The notes: generated from the sequence alone by a model not told the origin. DNA of 64,000 nt from an uncultured Alphaproteobacteria bacterium (GCA_963850535.1 CAWKMC010000063.1:23991-87990), one strand, 5' to 3'. Counted from the first letter of the stretch, positions 22,196 to 32,077 are shown. Numbers and translations are program-made.

Positions 22196-22929
22196 GGCGC
22201 AGGCGCGGGTGCGGCCTGGGCAGGAGGCGCCACCGGGACGGGCGCCGCAACATTGAAGGCGTAACGGACCCCGAGCATGAAGCTGTGATTGTACTGGCTT
22301 TGCGCCTTGAACGCGATCGGCACCGGAGCAGCCAGTCCAGACACGGACTGCGTGCCATCGAATGTCTCGCTATAGGGCTTGCCGAAGAAGCGATATTCCG
22401 TGGTCAGTGAAAGGCCTGGCACCCCTGGCATCGGAAATGACAGGCCGCCAATGGCCTGGAATGCAAACCCGCCTTGGGTCTGATCGAAATGGCTGCCGAG
22501 CGCCGGGAAGGCAGCTGGTGTAAACACGGTTGTGCGATTGAAGTTGGTCCAGGCGTAGCCCGCGCCGCCGCCGATATAAGGATAGATCCAGGGCGCTCCG
22601 ACATCGATATCGAACAGCACGTTGGCCATGGCGCCATAGGTCTGCACGGACCCGCTTGAGTTTGCGGCGAATGCCTCCCGATTGAGCCCCGCCCAGCGAT
22701 AGTTGCCCTCGATTTCGAATCGGAACCCATTGCCCAGGGCATATCCGATGCTGGCGAGACCGACCGCCCCGCCTTTCGGCTCGGCCACCGTTGCTCGGGA
22801 GTTGGACCAATTCTCTGGCAGGTTGTAGCCGGCGCCCGCGCCTACATAGAGGCCCTGAAATGGCTGCGCTTGTGCCGCGCATGCCGCGCCGACAAAGGCT
22901 GCCGCCAACCAGAGAGTGCGCAACCGCAT
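21865..22929 (-). CDS. OmpA-family outer membrane protein (N-terminal beta-barrel, Pro/Ala linker, C-terminal OmpA domain)
   Basis: Signal MRLRTLWLAAAFVGAACAAQA, barrel-type G/Y/F-rich repeats, and the C-terminal NMGLSIRRANAVKAEL...REPQNRRVEIILH. Confidence 0.85.
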   Translation of the reverse strand: MRLRTLWLAAAFVGAACAAQAQPFQGLYVGAGAGYNLPENWSNSRATVAEPKGGAVGLASIGYALGNGFRFEIEGNYRWAGLNREAFAANSSGSVQTYGAMANVLFDIDVGAPWIYPYIGGGAGYAWTNFNRTTVFTPAAFPALGSHFDQTQGGFAFQAIGGLSFPMPGVPGLSLTTEYRFFGKPYSETFDGTQSVSGLAAPVPIAFKAQSQYNHSFMLGVRYAFNVAAPVPVAPPAQAAPAPAPARSYLVFFDWDKATLSDRARQIIKEAADNSTRVQYTRIEVNGYADTSGTPRYNMGLSIRRANAVKAELIKDGVPQNAITVQGFGDTHLLVPTGPGVREPQNRRVEIILH

Positions 22930-23010
22930 GGCTCAGGTCCTCCTCGGGGCGGACGAAAAGGGGCGCCTTCCGGCGCCCCGATCCGCTGTCTTGACTTGTC
23001 CGGCCAGCGA

Positions 23011-23342
23011 TCAGCGAATGATGATCTCGACGCGCCGGTTCTGCGGCTCGCGCACGCCGGGGCCGGTCGGGACCAGCAGGTGTGTGTCGCCGAAGCCTTG
23101 CGCCGTGATTGCATTCGCCGGCACACCGTCCTTGATCAGTTCCGCTTTCACCGCGTTTGCACGGCGGATCGACAGACCCATGTTGTACTTCGGCGTGCCC
23201 GACGTATCGGTGTAGCCGTTCACTTCGATGCGCGTGTACTGCACCCTGGTCGAGTTGTCCGCCGCTTCGCGAATAATCTGGCGTGCACGGTCAGTAAGCG
23301 TCGCCTTGTCCCAATCGAAGAACACCAGATACGAGCGCGCTG
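23011..23342 (-). repeat. Copy 2 of the ~330-bp paralogous repeat (OmpA C-terminal domain coding segment)
   Basis: See copy 1. The two copies are direct repeats about 1.1 kb apart. Confidence 0.7.
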
Positions 23343-24229
23343 GAGCCTGGGCCGGAACTGGTGCGGGGGCCGGCGGCGGCGGCGGCGGCGCGACGCCGAA
23401 GTTGTAGCGCAGGCCGACTAGGATCGCGTGGTTATAGCTCGGGCCCAAGGTGACGCTGGCCGGCGCGCGGGCGAACGGTTCCAGCGGTCGTTACCCCCGT
23501 CGCCGTGCCGCTGTAGGTGCGATTGCTGGTGGTTCCAAGGAACCGATATTCCGCGGTGAACGCCAGTCCGGGCATAACCGTCGCCAATGGGAACGCCGCA
23601 CCAAGGATCGCCTGGTATGCGAACGACCCCTCGGTGCCTGATCCACCCAGGTGGAAGCTGCCTGGCGCGAAAGTCCCGCCTGGGAAGGCTCCGAAGGCAG
23701 TGGCGAAAGCAGGCACGGTGAACGGGAGATTATTGTAGACGTGCCAGTTCTTCTCGTTAATCCACTGGTAGCCGACGCCGCCACCGATGTATGGCACGAA
23801 CCACGGCGAAATGCCGTTAAAGTCGTACAGCACGTTGAACATGCCGCCGTACTTCTGCTCGGTGGTGCCACCGCCAGCGCCGGAGATTCCGAATGCGTTA
23901 ACGTTGCTGCCGCCGAAGCCATTGCTCTGGTTGTTGCGGTAATTACCCTCAATCTCGGCCCGCAACCCGTTGCCGAAGCCCCAACCCATCGAGGCAAGGC
24001 CAGCGAACCCGGCGCCGAACTTGAGATTGCCGCTGGCGTTCCCGAACAGCGCCGCATTGGGCGACCCAAACGCGGTGGCCGGAATACCGCCGCGCTTTAT
24101 GTTCTCCTGCTGCATCAAGTTCACGCCGACGCCCGCGCCGACGTAGAGCCCGGTGACCGGCACCTGCGCACTCGCCACAATCGGCGTCGCCAGAATTGTG
24201 GCCACCAGGAGCGCACTCCGAAGCTGCAT
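23011..24229 (-). pseudogene. Second OmpA-family outer membrane protein, one net +1 frameshift between barrel and linker (or assembly indel)
   Basis: ORF 23432..24439 contains MQLRSALLVATILATPIVASAQ from the ATG at 24229, preceded by GGAGAA, plus the barrel. ORF 23011..23448 contains PSYNHAILVGLRYNFGV, the linker and the OmpA domain. The junction is in the GC run at about 23460-23470. Confidence 0.8.
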
Positions 24230-24699
24230 TTGCTTTCTCCTCGTTCTTGCCGGCGTCAGCGGCACTTGCGGAGCGCCGTTAGCGATGATCGTCGCCTGCT
24301 TCCGGTTGTGACCATAGGGAGGAATCCCCACCAAAGCGATAGGAGCCCGCACGGTTTCGGAAGCAAGGCGTGATTTTGAAGCACACTGTGTCCCATGTGC
24401 AACATCGCCAGTCTGCCTTGATTCGCAACTGCGGCACACGGTAAAGCGATTTCAATGCCAAGATTTCACTTTCACCTTGTCAACACAGACGGGCGGTTCG
24501 CCTATCGGGGAACACATAGAAGCCGGCGATCTGGCTGCGGCTGTCCAGATTGCTTCGGAAGCATCCAGGAAGCACCCAGCCGGACCATTTGCGGCGATCC
24601 AGGTCTGGCAGGACGCGCAATGTCTATTTACAAGCGATAGTCTGGTCCTCCTGCCGCGACACAGCAGACGCCTGGGGACGGAACAACGCACAACAAATA

Positions 24700-25010
24700 C
24701 TTTCCCTAAGAGGGGGGACAGGGGGACCGCTCTGGTCGGACGAGTGCGCGAGACCGCCAGCACGGAGCCAAGCAAGATGGGCGGCCCTCGTAAACCGCTA
24801 CTTGCCGACCACGAGGATCTGCTGTGCGAACTGACCGCCACGCGGAAGGGCATTACGCTGGCCGAAATCAGGGATGCGCTGATCGAACGTGGGATCCCAC
24901 CTGGCTCGCTAACGACGATCTGGTCGACGCTGCGCCGTCTCGGTCTGACACATAAAAAAGGCGCTGCACGCGGCCGGGCAGGAGCGGCCGGACGTGGTTG
25001 AGCAAGAACT
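24700..25010 (+). mobile_element. IS630-family transposase remnant (N-terminal HTH region only, no DDE domain)
   Basis: ...VRETASTEPSKMGGPRKPLLADHEDLLCELTATRKGITLAEIRDALIERGIPPGSLTTIWSTLRRLGLTHKK. After the A-run a shifted frame reads ALHAAGQERPDVV, and similarity then stops. I saw no catalytic domain and no terminal repeats. Confidence 0.55.
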
Positions 25011-25572
25011 CAAGCCCCTCGTCGATAACGCCCGGGGGCCCCTGCTGGGAACCTAGGAGGACCCATTGATGAAAGGCTCCTGGGAGTCTGACTGAAGCTG
25101 AACACCCCCGGCCCTCCCGTGGCTCGAAGGCTCGCCAATCTGTGGAGAAGCTCGCACACTGTCTCTAGCCGGAAGAGGAACAGCAAGACCTTTATCTCAC
25201 AGCAAAAGCCGGGGACGGACAACAACGGCTCGACCTTTTAACCGGCTTTTTGAAGTCAATTTCAGAGACCCCCACCCCCTCCAGAAAACACTCTGGGACT
25301 CCTACCGCGTCCGCCTCGGCGAACACCGACGCCAACCACATCGAGGTCACAGCGACATAGCAGCAGTGAAGCAGCAGCGCAGCAGCCGGTGACTCGACCC
25401 TCGCAGGCAGCGGCAGCGTCCACAACTTCAGTGGCCATCTAAGCGGCCACGCCGGTTGCCTCGAAGTGGCCATGCGTTGCCGCAATCAGAGCGATTCCCG
25501 ATGAGCATGACCGCTCGGGGCTGTTGCTCTGTATGAGTTCGTCCAACGGACATTGATCGGGCTCATACGCAA

Positions 25573-26298
25573 ATGACAGACGGCCGCTACGTCGCCTACT
25601 ATCGAGTTAGCACAGCCAAACAGGGACGCAGCGGGCTGGGCTTGGATGCGCAACGCGAGGCGGTGCGCGGGTTCCTCAATGGCAGCAACTGGTCATTGCT
25701 TGCTGAACACACTGAAGTTGAGAGCGGCAAACGCGATGACCGACCAGAACTCGCTATAGCACTGCGCACGTGTCGGCTGACAGGCGCATCGCTGATCATC
25801 GCCAGGCTCGACCGGTTGTCCCGTGACGCGGCGTTTCTGCTGAACCTGGAGAAGGCCGGCGTCGAGTTCGTAGCAGCCGATATGCCAAACGCCAATCGCC
25901 TGACAGTGCGGCTGATGGCCGTCATTGCCCAGGAGGAGCGCGAGATGATCTCGGCGCGCACCAAGGCTGCACTTACTGCTGCGAAGGCTCGCGGCACGAC
26001 GCTCGGCGGTTGGCGCCAGACGCTGAAAAGCGGTCAGCCGAATGAATACACGGTTGACCACACTGTCGGCACCAAAGCCCTGCAAGCACGCGCTGACACC
26101 TTCGCGGCAACTGTAGGGCCACTGGTCAGGGAGATGCGCAACGCCGGGGACAGCCTGCGCCAGATCGCTGCGGCACTCACCGAGAAGGGCATCCGCACGC
26201 CGCGTGGAGGAGCCTGGACGGCAGACGCAGTGAACCGCGTGCTGCTGCGGACAAGAGCACCAACAGAGGCGTCAGTCCTCGAGCCAGTGGACCTCTGA
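25573..26298 (+). CDS. Serine recombinase (resolvase/invertase family), apparently intact
   Basis: YVAYYRVSTAKQGRSGLGLDAQ carries the catalytic Ser context, then IIARLDRLSRD, EREMISARTKAAL, and a C-terminal HTH-like SLRQIAAALTEKGIRTPRGGAWTADAV. Confidence 0.9.
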   Translation: MTDGRYVAYYRVSTAKQGRSGLGLDAQREAVRGFLNGSNWSLLAEHTEVESGKRDDRPELAIALRTCRLTGASLIIARLDRLSRDAAFLLNLEKAGVEFVAADMPNANRLTVRLMAVIAQEEREMISARTKAALTAAKARGTTLGGWRQTLKSGQPNEYTVDHTVGTKALQARADTFAATVGPLVREMRNAGDSLRQIAAALTEKGIRTPRGGAWTADAVNRVLLRTRAPTEASVLEPVDL

Positions 26299-26329
26299 GG
26301 ACGACCCACGGCCTAATCGTGCGAAGGGC

Positions 26330-26480
26330 ATGAGACTGGGACGACCGAAGGTCGCAACGAGGACTGAGGCGGCCGTCAGGGAGGGCTTGGCAGCCGGAAA
26401 AGACTGCTGAAGGTGGCCAAGGCGATAGCCGTCGGGACGAGCACCGTCCAACGCATCAAAGCGGCTCGCGAGATGCCGGC
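26330..26480 (+). pseudogene. Orphan C-terminal HTH fragment of a second resolvase-type recombinase, frameshifted
   Basis: MRLGRPKVATRTEAAVREGLAAGK is followed, in the next frame, by LLKVAKAIAVGTSTVQRIKAAREM. This is the GRPK-linker plus HTH idiom of small serine recombinases, but no catalytic domain precedes it. Confidence 0.5.
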
Positions 26481-26895
26481 CGGGGGTAGCCACATGAGGC
26501 GGCGGCGTGGCCGGCCCTGTCGCTTTGCTCTTTCCTTTTTGTCTCGTTGACGATATGTAAAAACTGAGAGAGCAATCGCGCGCTCGGTGCACCGTAAGCG
26601 GGCTCCAGGCCGACCAAGCGGAACATCGGCGAGCGGCCTTCAAGGACACTGAGGAGGACACTCGAGAGTTGGCACCAGTGGCAAGGCGACCACTGTGGCG
26701 CCTGGGGGTGGCCAGCACGTCGCCTACCCGAGCGTCATACAGCAAGCGTGACCGATACGGCATAGAGATATTTGGGTTCGCGGTTCGTGATCGGCAAAGA
26801 GGAAATCTACCGCCATTGGTAACTCAGCGAACGTTCGGGAACCCCTGGTGTGCTAAGGTGTAGACTAGCAACGAACACGGCGCCTTACACACACC

Positions 26896-28212
26896 ATGCA
26901 GTCCACCTTCGAGACCACCAGCGCTGTCACCTCAGGCCCTGTCGGTGCAGCTACTGCTGATACCCTTCATACTGCTACTATCCTATCAACAGCTGAGGGA
27001 GCCACTGAGGGGGTAACGCAAAACGAAATTGAGGCTCCAAGCATCTGGGCTGAGCCGCCGGCGACATTTGGCGCTGACCAGCTCACGGAAGCCCGGTGGT
27101 TGCCGCTCAGTGCCGTCGTAGCCTCACCCGGCGCTGACGCGCTGGCAACCGAGATTGCCGCACTCGTCGCCGGCCACGAGGTGACTTCTCAGTCCCGCCA
27201 GAAGGGCCGCCGGAAAGCTGGCATGGCCAAGCAGCGGCAAGCTGCCGGTGCCATTCTTGGCGGCGTGCTGCGCCGCTGGGCGCGCCTGGAGCCACTACCA
27301 GTATTCAGGAGCAGGACTCCTGCTGACTTCACCGGCGGCCCTATTGCCGCCCGGCAGTATCTGGCTGCTTGCGACGCCATGGTCGCCCTTGGGCTGCTTT
27401 ATCAGTCTCGCAGCATCCGTTACGGCTCTGGGATCGTCTGGGACGATGGCGGTTCCGAGCACTTCGCCGGCAAGGCGCCGCGGCTGTGGCCTGCGCCGGC
27501 GCTGCTGGCGGTTGCGGCCAGTCATGGCGTGACTCCAGCCACGCTGCCGAATGACTTCTGCGACGCCTATCCGACGCAACCGCCGGCCGTCCCCCAGCCG
27601 GTCCAAATGTTCACGTTGAAGCAACCGAGGAGGAGTGAGAAGGCTGCTATACCCATCCAGAGGAGCGATCTCGAAGCGGCACGGCTCGTGGACAAGGTGA
27701 CTGGCTACAACGACTGGATCGCTCGGCATGACGTCGCGGGATGCCTGCCTCCACGGCTAAAGCGTGTGTTCACAGCTTCCTGGCTGCTCGGTGGTCGCTG
27801 GTATGCGGTCGGCGCCGAGGGGAATTACCAGCGAATGTCGGAAGCAGAGCGGCTAGGCGTGACCATAAATGGCGAGCCGGTCGTGGAGGTGGACGTTCAG
27901 GCTTCGCACCTGTCCATCATGCACGGGCTGCTCGGCCTGCCGTTGCCCGACGGTGATCCTTACGAGTTCCCCGATATGTCGCGCTCGGTTGCGAAGGCGT
28001 GGATCACCGCGACGCTTGGGAAGGGGACGCCAGTTGCTAAGTGGGCGGTTAAGGCGACGAAGGACAACCCTGAGCTCGTGCAGCATGACCCAAGGCGCAT
28101 CGGTCATGTCATCTGCGAGCGCTATCAGTTCATGCGGAACCCAGCCGGCGCCGTGGCCGCTCCTGCAGGCCTCGACCCACTGGCGAATATCGGAACGCCT
28201 CGCGCCTCCTGA
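26896..28212 (+). CDS. Hypothetical protein (ORFan in mobile-element context); its C-terminus probably continues to about 28449 through frameshifts
   Basis: The 438-aa ORF has a low-complexity N-terminus and an ordered C-terminal half (GGRWYAVGAEGNYQRMSEAERLGVTINGEPVVEVDVQASHLSIMHGLLG...DPYEF). Downstream frames still read as protein-like sequence (LMAIEAQALTGAMGYLEGRGVLA, then MHDGLIVPVSGL). Confidence 0.55.
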   Translation: MQSTFETTSAVTSGPVGAATADTLHTATILSTAEGATEGVTQNEIEAPSIWAEPPATFGADQLTEARWLPLSAVVASPGADALATEIAALVAGHEVTSQSRQKGRRKAGMAKQRQAAGAILGGVLRRWARLEPLPVFRSRTPADFTGGPIAARQYLAACDAMVALGLLYQSRSIRYGSGIVWDDGGSEHFAGKAPRLWPAPALLAVAASHGVTPATLPNDFCDAYPTQPPAVPQPVQMFTLKQPRRSEKAAIPIQRSDLEAARLVDKVTGYNDWIARHDVAGCLPPRLKRVFTASWLLGGRWYAVGAEGNYQRMSEAERLGVTINGEPVVEVDVQASHLSIMHGLLGLPLPDGDPYEFPDMSRSVAKAWITATLGKGTPVAKWAVKATKDNPELVQHDPRRIGHVICERYQFMRNPAGAVAAPAGLDPLANIGTPRAS

Positions 28213-29362
28213 CGCACCGCCTGATGGCCATCGAGGCGCAGGCTCTGACCGGCGCGATGGGCTACCTAGAGGGCCGCGGTGTGCTGGCATTCCCGAATGC
28301 ACGATGGGCTGATTGTGCCGGTCTCCGGCCTGCGATACGTCGGTGGAGGGCTTCAGGGCGCCTTCTCCTGGGCGGCCAATCGGGTCCGGGTCAGGTGGAC
28401 GGTGGCGGGGCTGGGTGGAGACGCTGGCGCCGAGCGTAGCGACGCCTAGTCTGGGCCGTCTGGCGTAGATACGGCTCCCGAGTCGCTGGAGACTCCTACA
28501 GGCCCTTTGGCGGTTTCCCGCTATCGACCTACGTGCCGGCCGCTGGAAGGTCTGTAGGAGTCCCTGAGGACTCGGACGGGGCATGTCGCGCGCTGGTGGG
28601 AAGAATGAAATGCGTTGGTCACAGCCCCTCATTGGAACAGTGAGAAGCGATACGCGACTTGCTGGACCACCTTGAGCGTGCAGCTTGTGGCCAACTATAG
28701 CAAGCCTTCGCTCACGCGCTGATGGCCACCCCAAACCACATTCTGGTGCTGGTCTATCGCATCGCCGAAGCCGAGGACATGGCGAAGAGGTTGGAACACT
28801 TGGCACGCAGGCGGCACTCAAAGCGAGCCGCAAGAGCCTCTTGATGCGCTCCAGCCCATCGTGAGGTAGGCTTGCGAATCGGACAATTCTCTAGAAAAAA
28901 CCTGGGAAGCCGCGAAGGCGCACCGTTCGATGCGGCCGACCGGTTCCACTACCGTGGCGCACGACGTTCCATAGTGTCGTGGGATGAGAGCTTAGCCTTC
29001 AATCCACCAGTCACACTCGACACTCGACGGTGGACCGTGGGTGGCGCGGCGCGAGCCACGCGGCTGCAGAGCGATGACGCGGCAACTAACTTGAAGCGCT
29101 GGACCAGCGACCAAGATGGGTTTGTGTCGCAGGTGAAGGCCCCGGCTGTGTGTCCGGCGATGAAGGCTATGTCACGCGGCACGGTGCGGCGTCGGTCATG
29201 GTGACCCACTATCCGGAGATCTCTCAACCGGCGCGCGCGAACGCCAGGGCGCTTCTACAACCGACCGCTTCGCACTACGCACTCGGCCTCACACCCGGTG
29301 CGCCATGTTCTACACCAAGTCCTGCACATCCAAATGGCGGCCCACCGACGGGATGGTGTGAA

Positions 29363-30409
29363 GTGGCTACGCTCTATCGCCGTGGCAAAGTGTATTGGGT
29401 CAGGTTCCGGGCAAATGGCCATCACGTGCGTCGCTCCGCGCACACCTCGAACAAGGCGGAAGCTGCGGCCTTACTACGGCGCCTGCTGGTTGAATACGCA
29501 ACAAAGGCACGCGGAGACACACCCCGCTTTCGGTATCTAGAAGCAGTGCGAGAGGTTCTTCTCCGAAGCCGCGCTCAAGCCTGGAACTCTTACAGTCTAC
29601 CGGAACGGCCACAAAGCCTTCGCTCCGTTTGCACATGACCGCTACCTTGATGAGATCGACCGCCGCATTCTCGGGGAGTTCGTGTCAGCAAGGAAGTCTA
29701 CAGGGATCAGCGATAGCACGATCCGTAGCAATCTGGCTTACGTCAGCTCGCTGTGCGCCATGGCGACACGATGGGGTTGGCTAGGCACAAATCCGGTCAC
29801 ATCATTCAATAAGCGAGGCCTCAAGACTTCGCGGGCGACGAACCCGATTTTTGACCCCGTCTGAGCTTGATCGGCTCCTGGCCGTTACCCCAGTCACATC
29901 CGGCCTGCAGTCATTCTCGCAGTCGAGACGGGGATTAGGAAGGAGGAGCTATTTAGTCTCACTCTGCAGCGTATCAACCTTGCTCGTCGGGAGATAGTGC
30001 TCGATCTGACTAAGAGTGGTCTGCCCCGCCGAGTGCCGCTCAGCGACAAAGCGATCTCAGTCATCAAGGACTTACTTGCCGGGCGACGAGCGCCCGAAAG
30101 TCCATATCTGTTCGTTAAGGCCGACGGTACCCGCTTCGTGGACATGAAGAACGGATTTGACGCCGCGCGTAACGCGCCGGCCTTAGCAACGTCCGGTGGC
30201 ACGATCTGCGCCACACCTTCGCGAGTTGGTTCGTGCAGGCCGGGGGCGACCTTTATCACCTGAGCCGCATCTTGGGCCACGCGAGTGTCCAGATGACCAC
30301 CCGATACAGCCACCTCCGCACAGACGATCTCCACGCGGAACTTCGCCGCGTGGCACAAAAGCGGACACAGGAGCATGAAATAGCAAACGGAAGCCGCGAT
30401 CCAAACTGA
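29363..30409 (+). pseudogene. Tyrosine recombinase / phage-type integrase, at least three to four frameshifts
   Basis: Pieces lie in three frames. These are VATLYRRGKVYWVRFRANGHHVRRSAHTSNKAEAAALLRRL, then FFSEAALKPGTLTVYRNGHKAF...STIRSNLAYVSSLCAMATRWGW, then ILAVETGIRKEELFSLTL, then WHDLRHTFASWFVQAGGDLYHLSRILGHASVQMTTRYSHL. The R, HxxR and Y catalytic contexts are all present. Confidence 0.8.
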
Positions 30410-30421
30410 CTGGCATGACGC

Positions 30422-30448
30422 AAAAACGGCGGGGATCGCTCCCCGCCG
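30422..30448 (-). terminator. Rho-independent terminator of the porin gene (it also closes the integrase remnant)
   Basis: On the minus strand, CGGCGGGGAGCGATCCCCGCCG (9-bp GC stem, 4-nt loop) is followed by TTTTT. It lies 26 nt after the porin stop. Confidence 0.6.
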
Positions 30449-30473
30449 CACGTACAAGAAGCTGTGGTCAGGA

Positions 30474-32077
30474 TCAGAAGTTGACCACGTTGCCTACCAG
30501 GACGCCCTGGCCCTTGATGGTGTTGTTGGCGCCAGCCCCGGCCTGCGTACCAACTGCACCAGTGACGAAATTGCGGGCGCCCTGGTGCTGGTCGTTCCAC
30601 AGATACTCGGTGAACACCTGATAGCCGGGTGCGACGCTATAGGAGGCGCCAACGCTCAGACCGCGCCCGCGATACTGCGAGATGCCAGACAGTCGCGCTT
30701 CGCCCTGCATCCAGAACTCCTCGGCAGCCGCGCCAATGGTGAGGGGACCAGCAACATACTTCGCACCGAACAGAAAGCCGAACAGCGGCGAACCGCCTTG
30801 CGGCTGCAAGGCTAGCTGCCCGTTCATATTGCCGCCGATGACGTTGCCGCCGACGGTAACGCCAGCGAAGGTGAGCGCGACACCGCCGCTGCCGATCTTC
30901 AGGTTCTTGTATTGGCCAGTGTATGCCCCACCGGGGACAGCACTCACCAGCGGAGTGGCGACGTTCGCAACGCCCAGGTTCACGTTGCCGGCCGCCGTAC
31001 CGATCGCCGGGCCTGTATAGTCGGCATGGCCACTGAACTCGCCCACGACATAAGCCAGCAAGCCTACGCCACTGAACACGCCTTGGTAGCGGCCGCCGAC
31101 TGCCCATTGGTTCATAGTTCGCGAACCATCCAGACCACCCGGCCCAGCGGACAGCGAGGCGCATCCAGTGTTCGCCACCGAGCAAGTATTACCCGTGCCT
31201 ACACCGCTGAAAGCAAGGTTGGCCGTGCCGATGCCGTTGTTCGCAGGGTTTCCGCTGCTGATGCCGAAGCCATTCGAAGTGTTAGGCGCATATTGGACAC
31301 CGAAGTCGAACCCGGCGATTTGCGGCGACAGATAGACCGCCTTCGAGTTGGCGTACTCGTTGCCTGCCTGCGACAGGTAGACGAAGGGTGGGGCGACCCC
31401 GCTCGGCATGATGGATTGGAGGTCGCCACCGTTAAGGTTGCCGGTTGGAAGGAACTGGAAGGTGGTGACACCATTGTCGAAGATGCCGATCATGCCGTCC
31501 GCCTGACCGAGGCGCACGATACCCCAACTGTCACCGGCCACGTAGGTGAAAGCACGACGGACGAACACGGTTTCCGTCGACGAGTAGCCAGATGCGCCGG
31601 AACTGGCTGTTGCTGCTAACCTGGCCGGTGAAATTATTACGCAACTCGATTGCTGCACCATATCGCAGGCCATTCGTCGCCATACCGTCCATGCCGAAGT
31701 ATTCGCGCGCGAACGTTGACACGGTTACCGGCTGAAGCTTCACCGCACCGACCACTGGGTTCGCGGGGGTCGCTGGGAAGGTGCCGGCGAAGCGCGTGTC
31801 AGCCGACGTCCATGTGCCCCCAACGTCCACCTGCACCTTGCCGTTGATATGCACGACGATGGTGCCCGGCGTCGGGTTGGCCAACGGGCCGGGCAACGAT
31901 GGGCGCCTGATAGTTGTTGTTGTTATTGACGTAGGCAGTGGGGGCCGGCGCGGCGGGATAGGCCTGCTGCCCTTGGGTCGGCGCACCGACCGGTCCTCCG
32001 GCTGGCTGCGCCAGCGCGACACCCGTCAGTCCTCCCGTTCCCAGCGTGGCGACGCTTGCCAGCAGAAACTTGCGCAT
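30474..32077 (-). pseudogene. Outer-membrane porin (alphaproteobacterial Porin_2-like, C-terminal ...VVNF), two net +1 frameshifts (or assembly indels)
   Basis: The signal MRKFLLASVATLGTGGLTGVALAQ is in ORF 31799..32365. LPGPLANPTPGTIVVHINGKVQVDVGG...YGAAIELRNNFTGQ is in ORF 31531..32022. The rest, through to ...LVGNVVNF, is in ORF 30474..31673. The junctions are at about 31901-31903 (a C run) and about 31619-31624. Confidence 0.8.
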
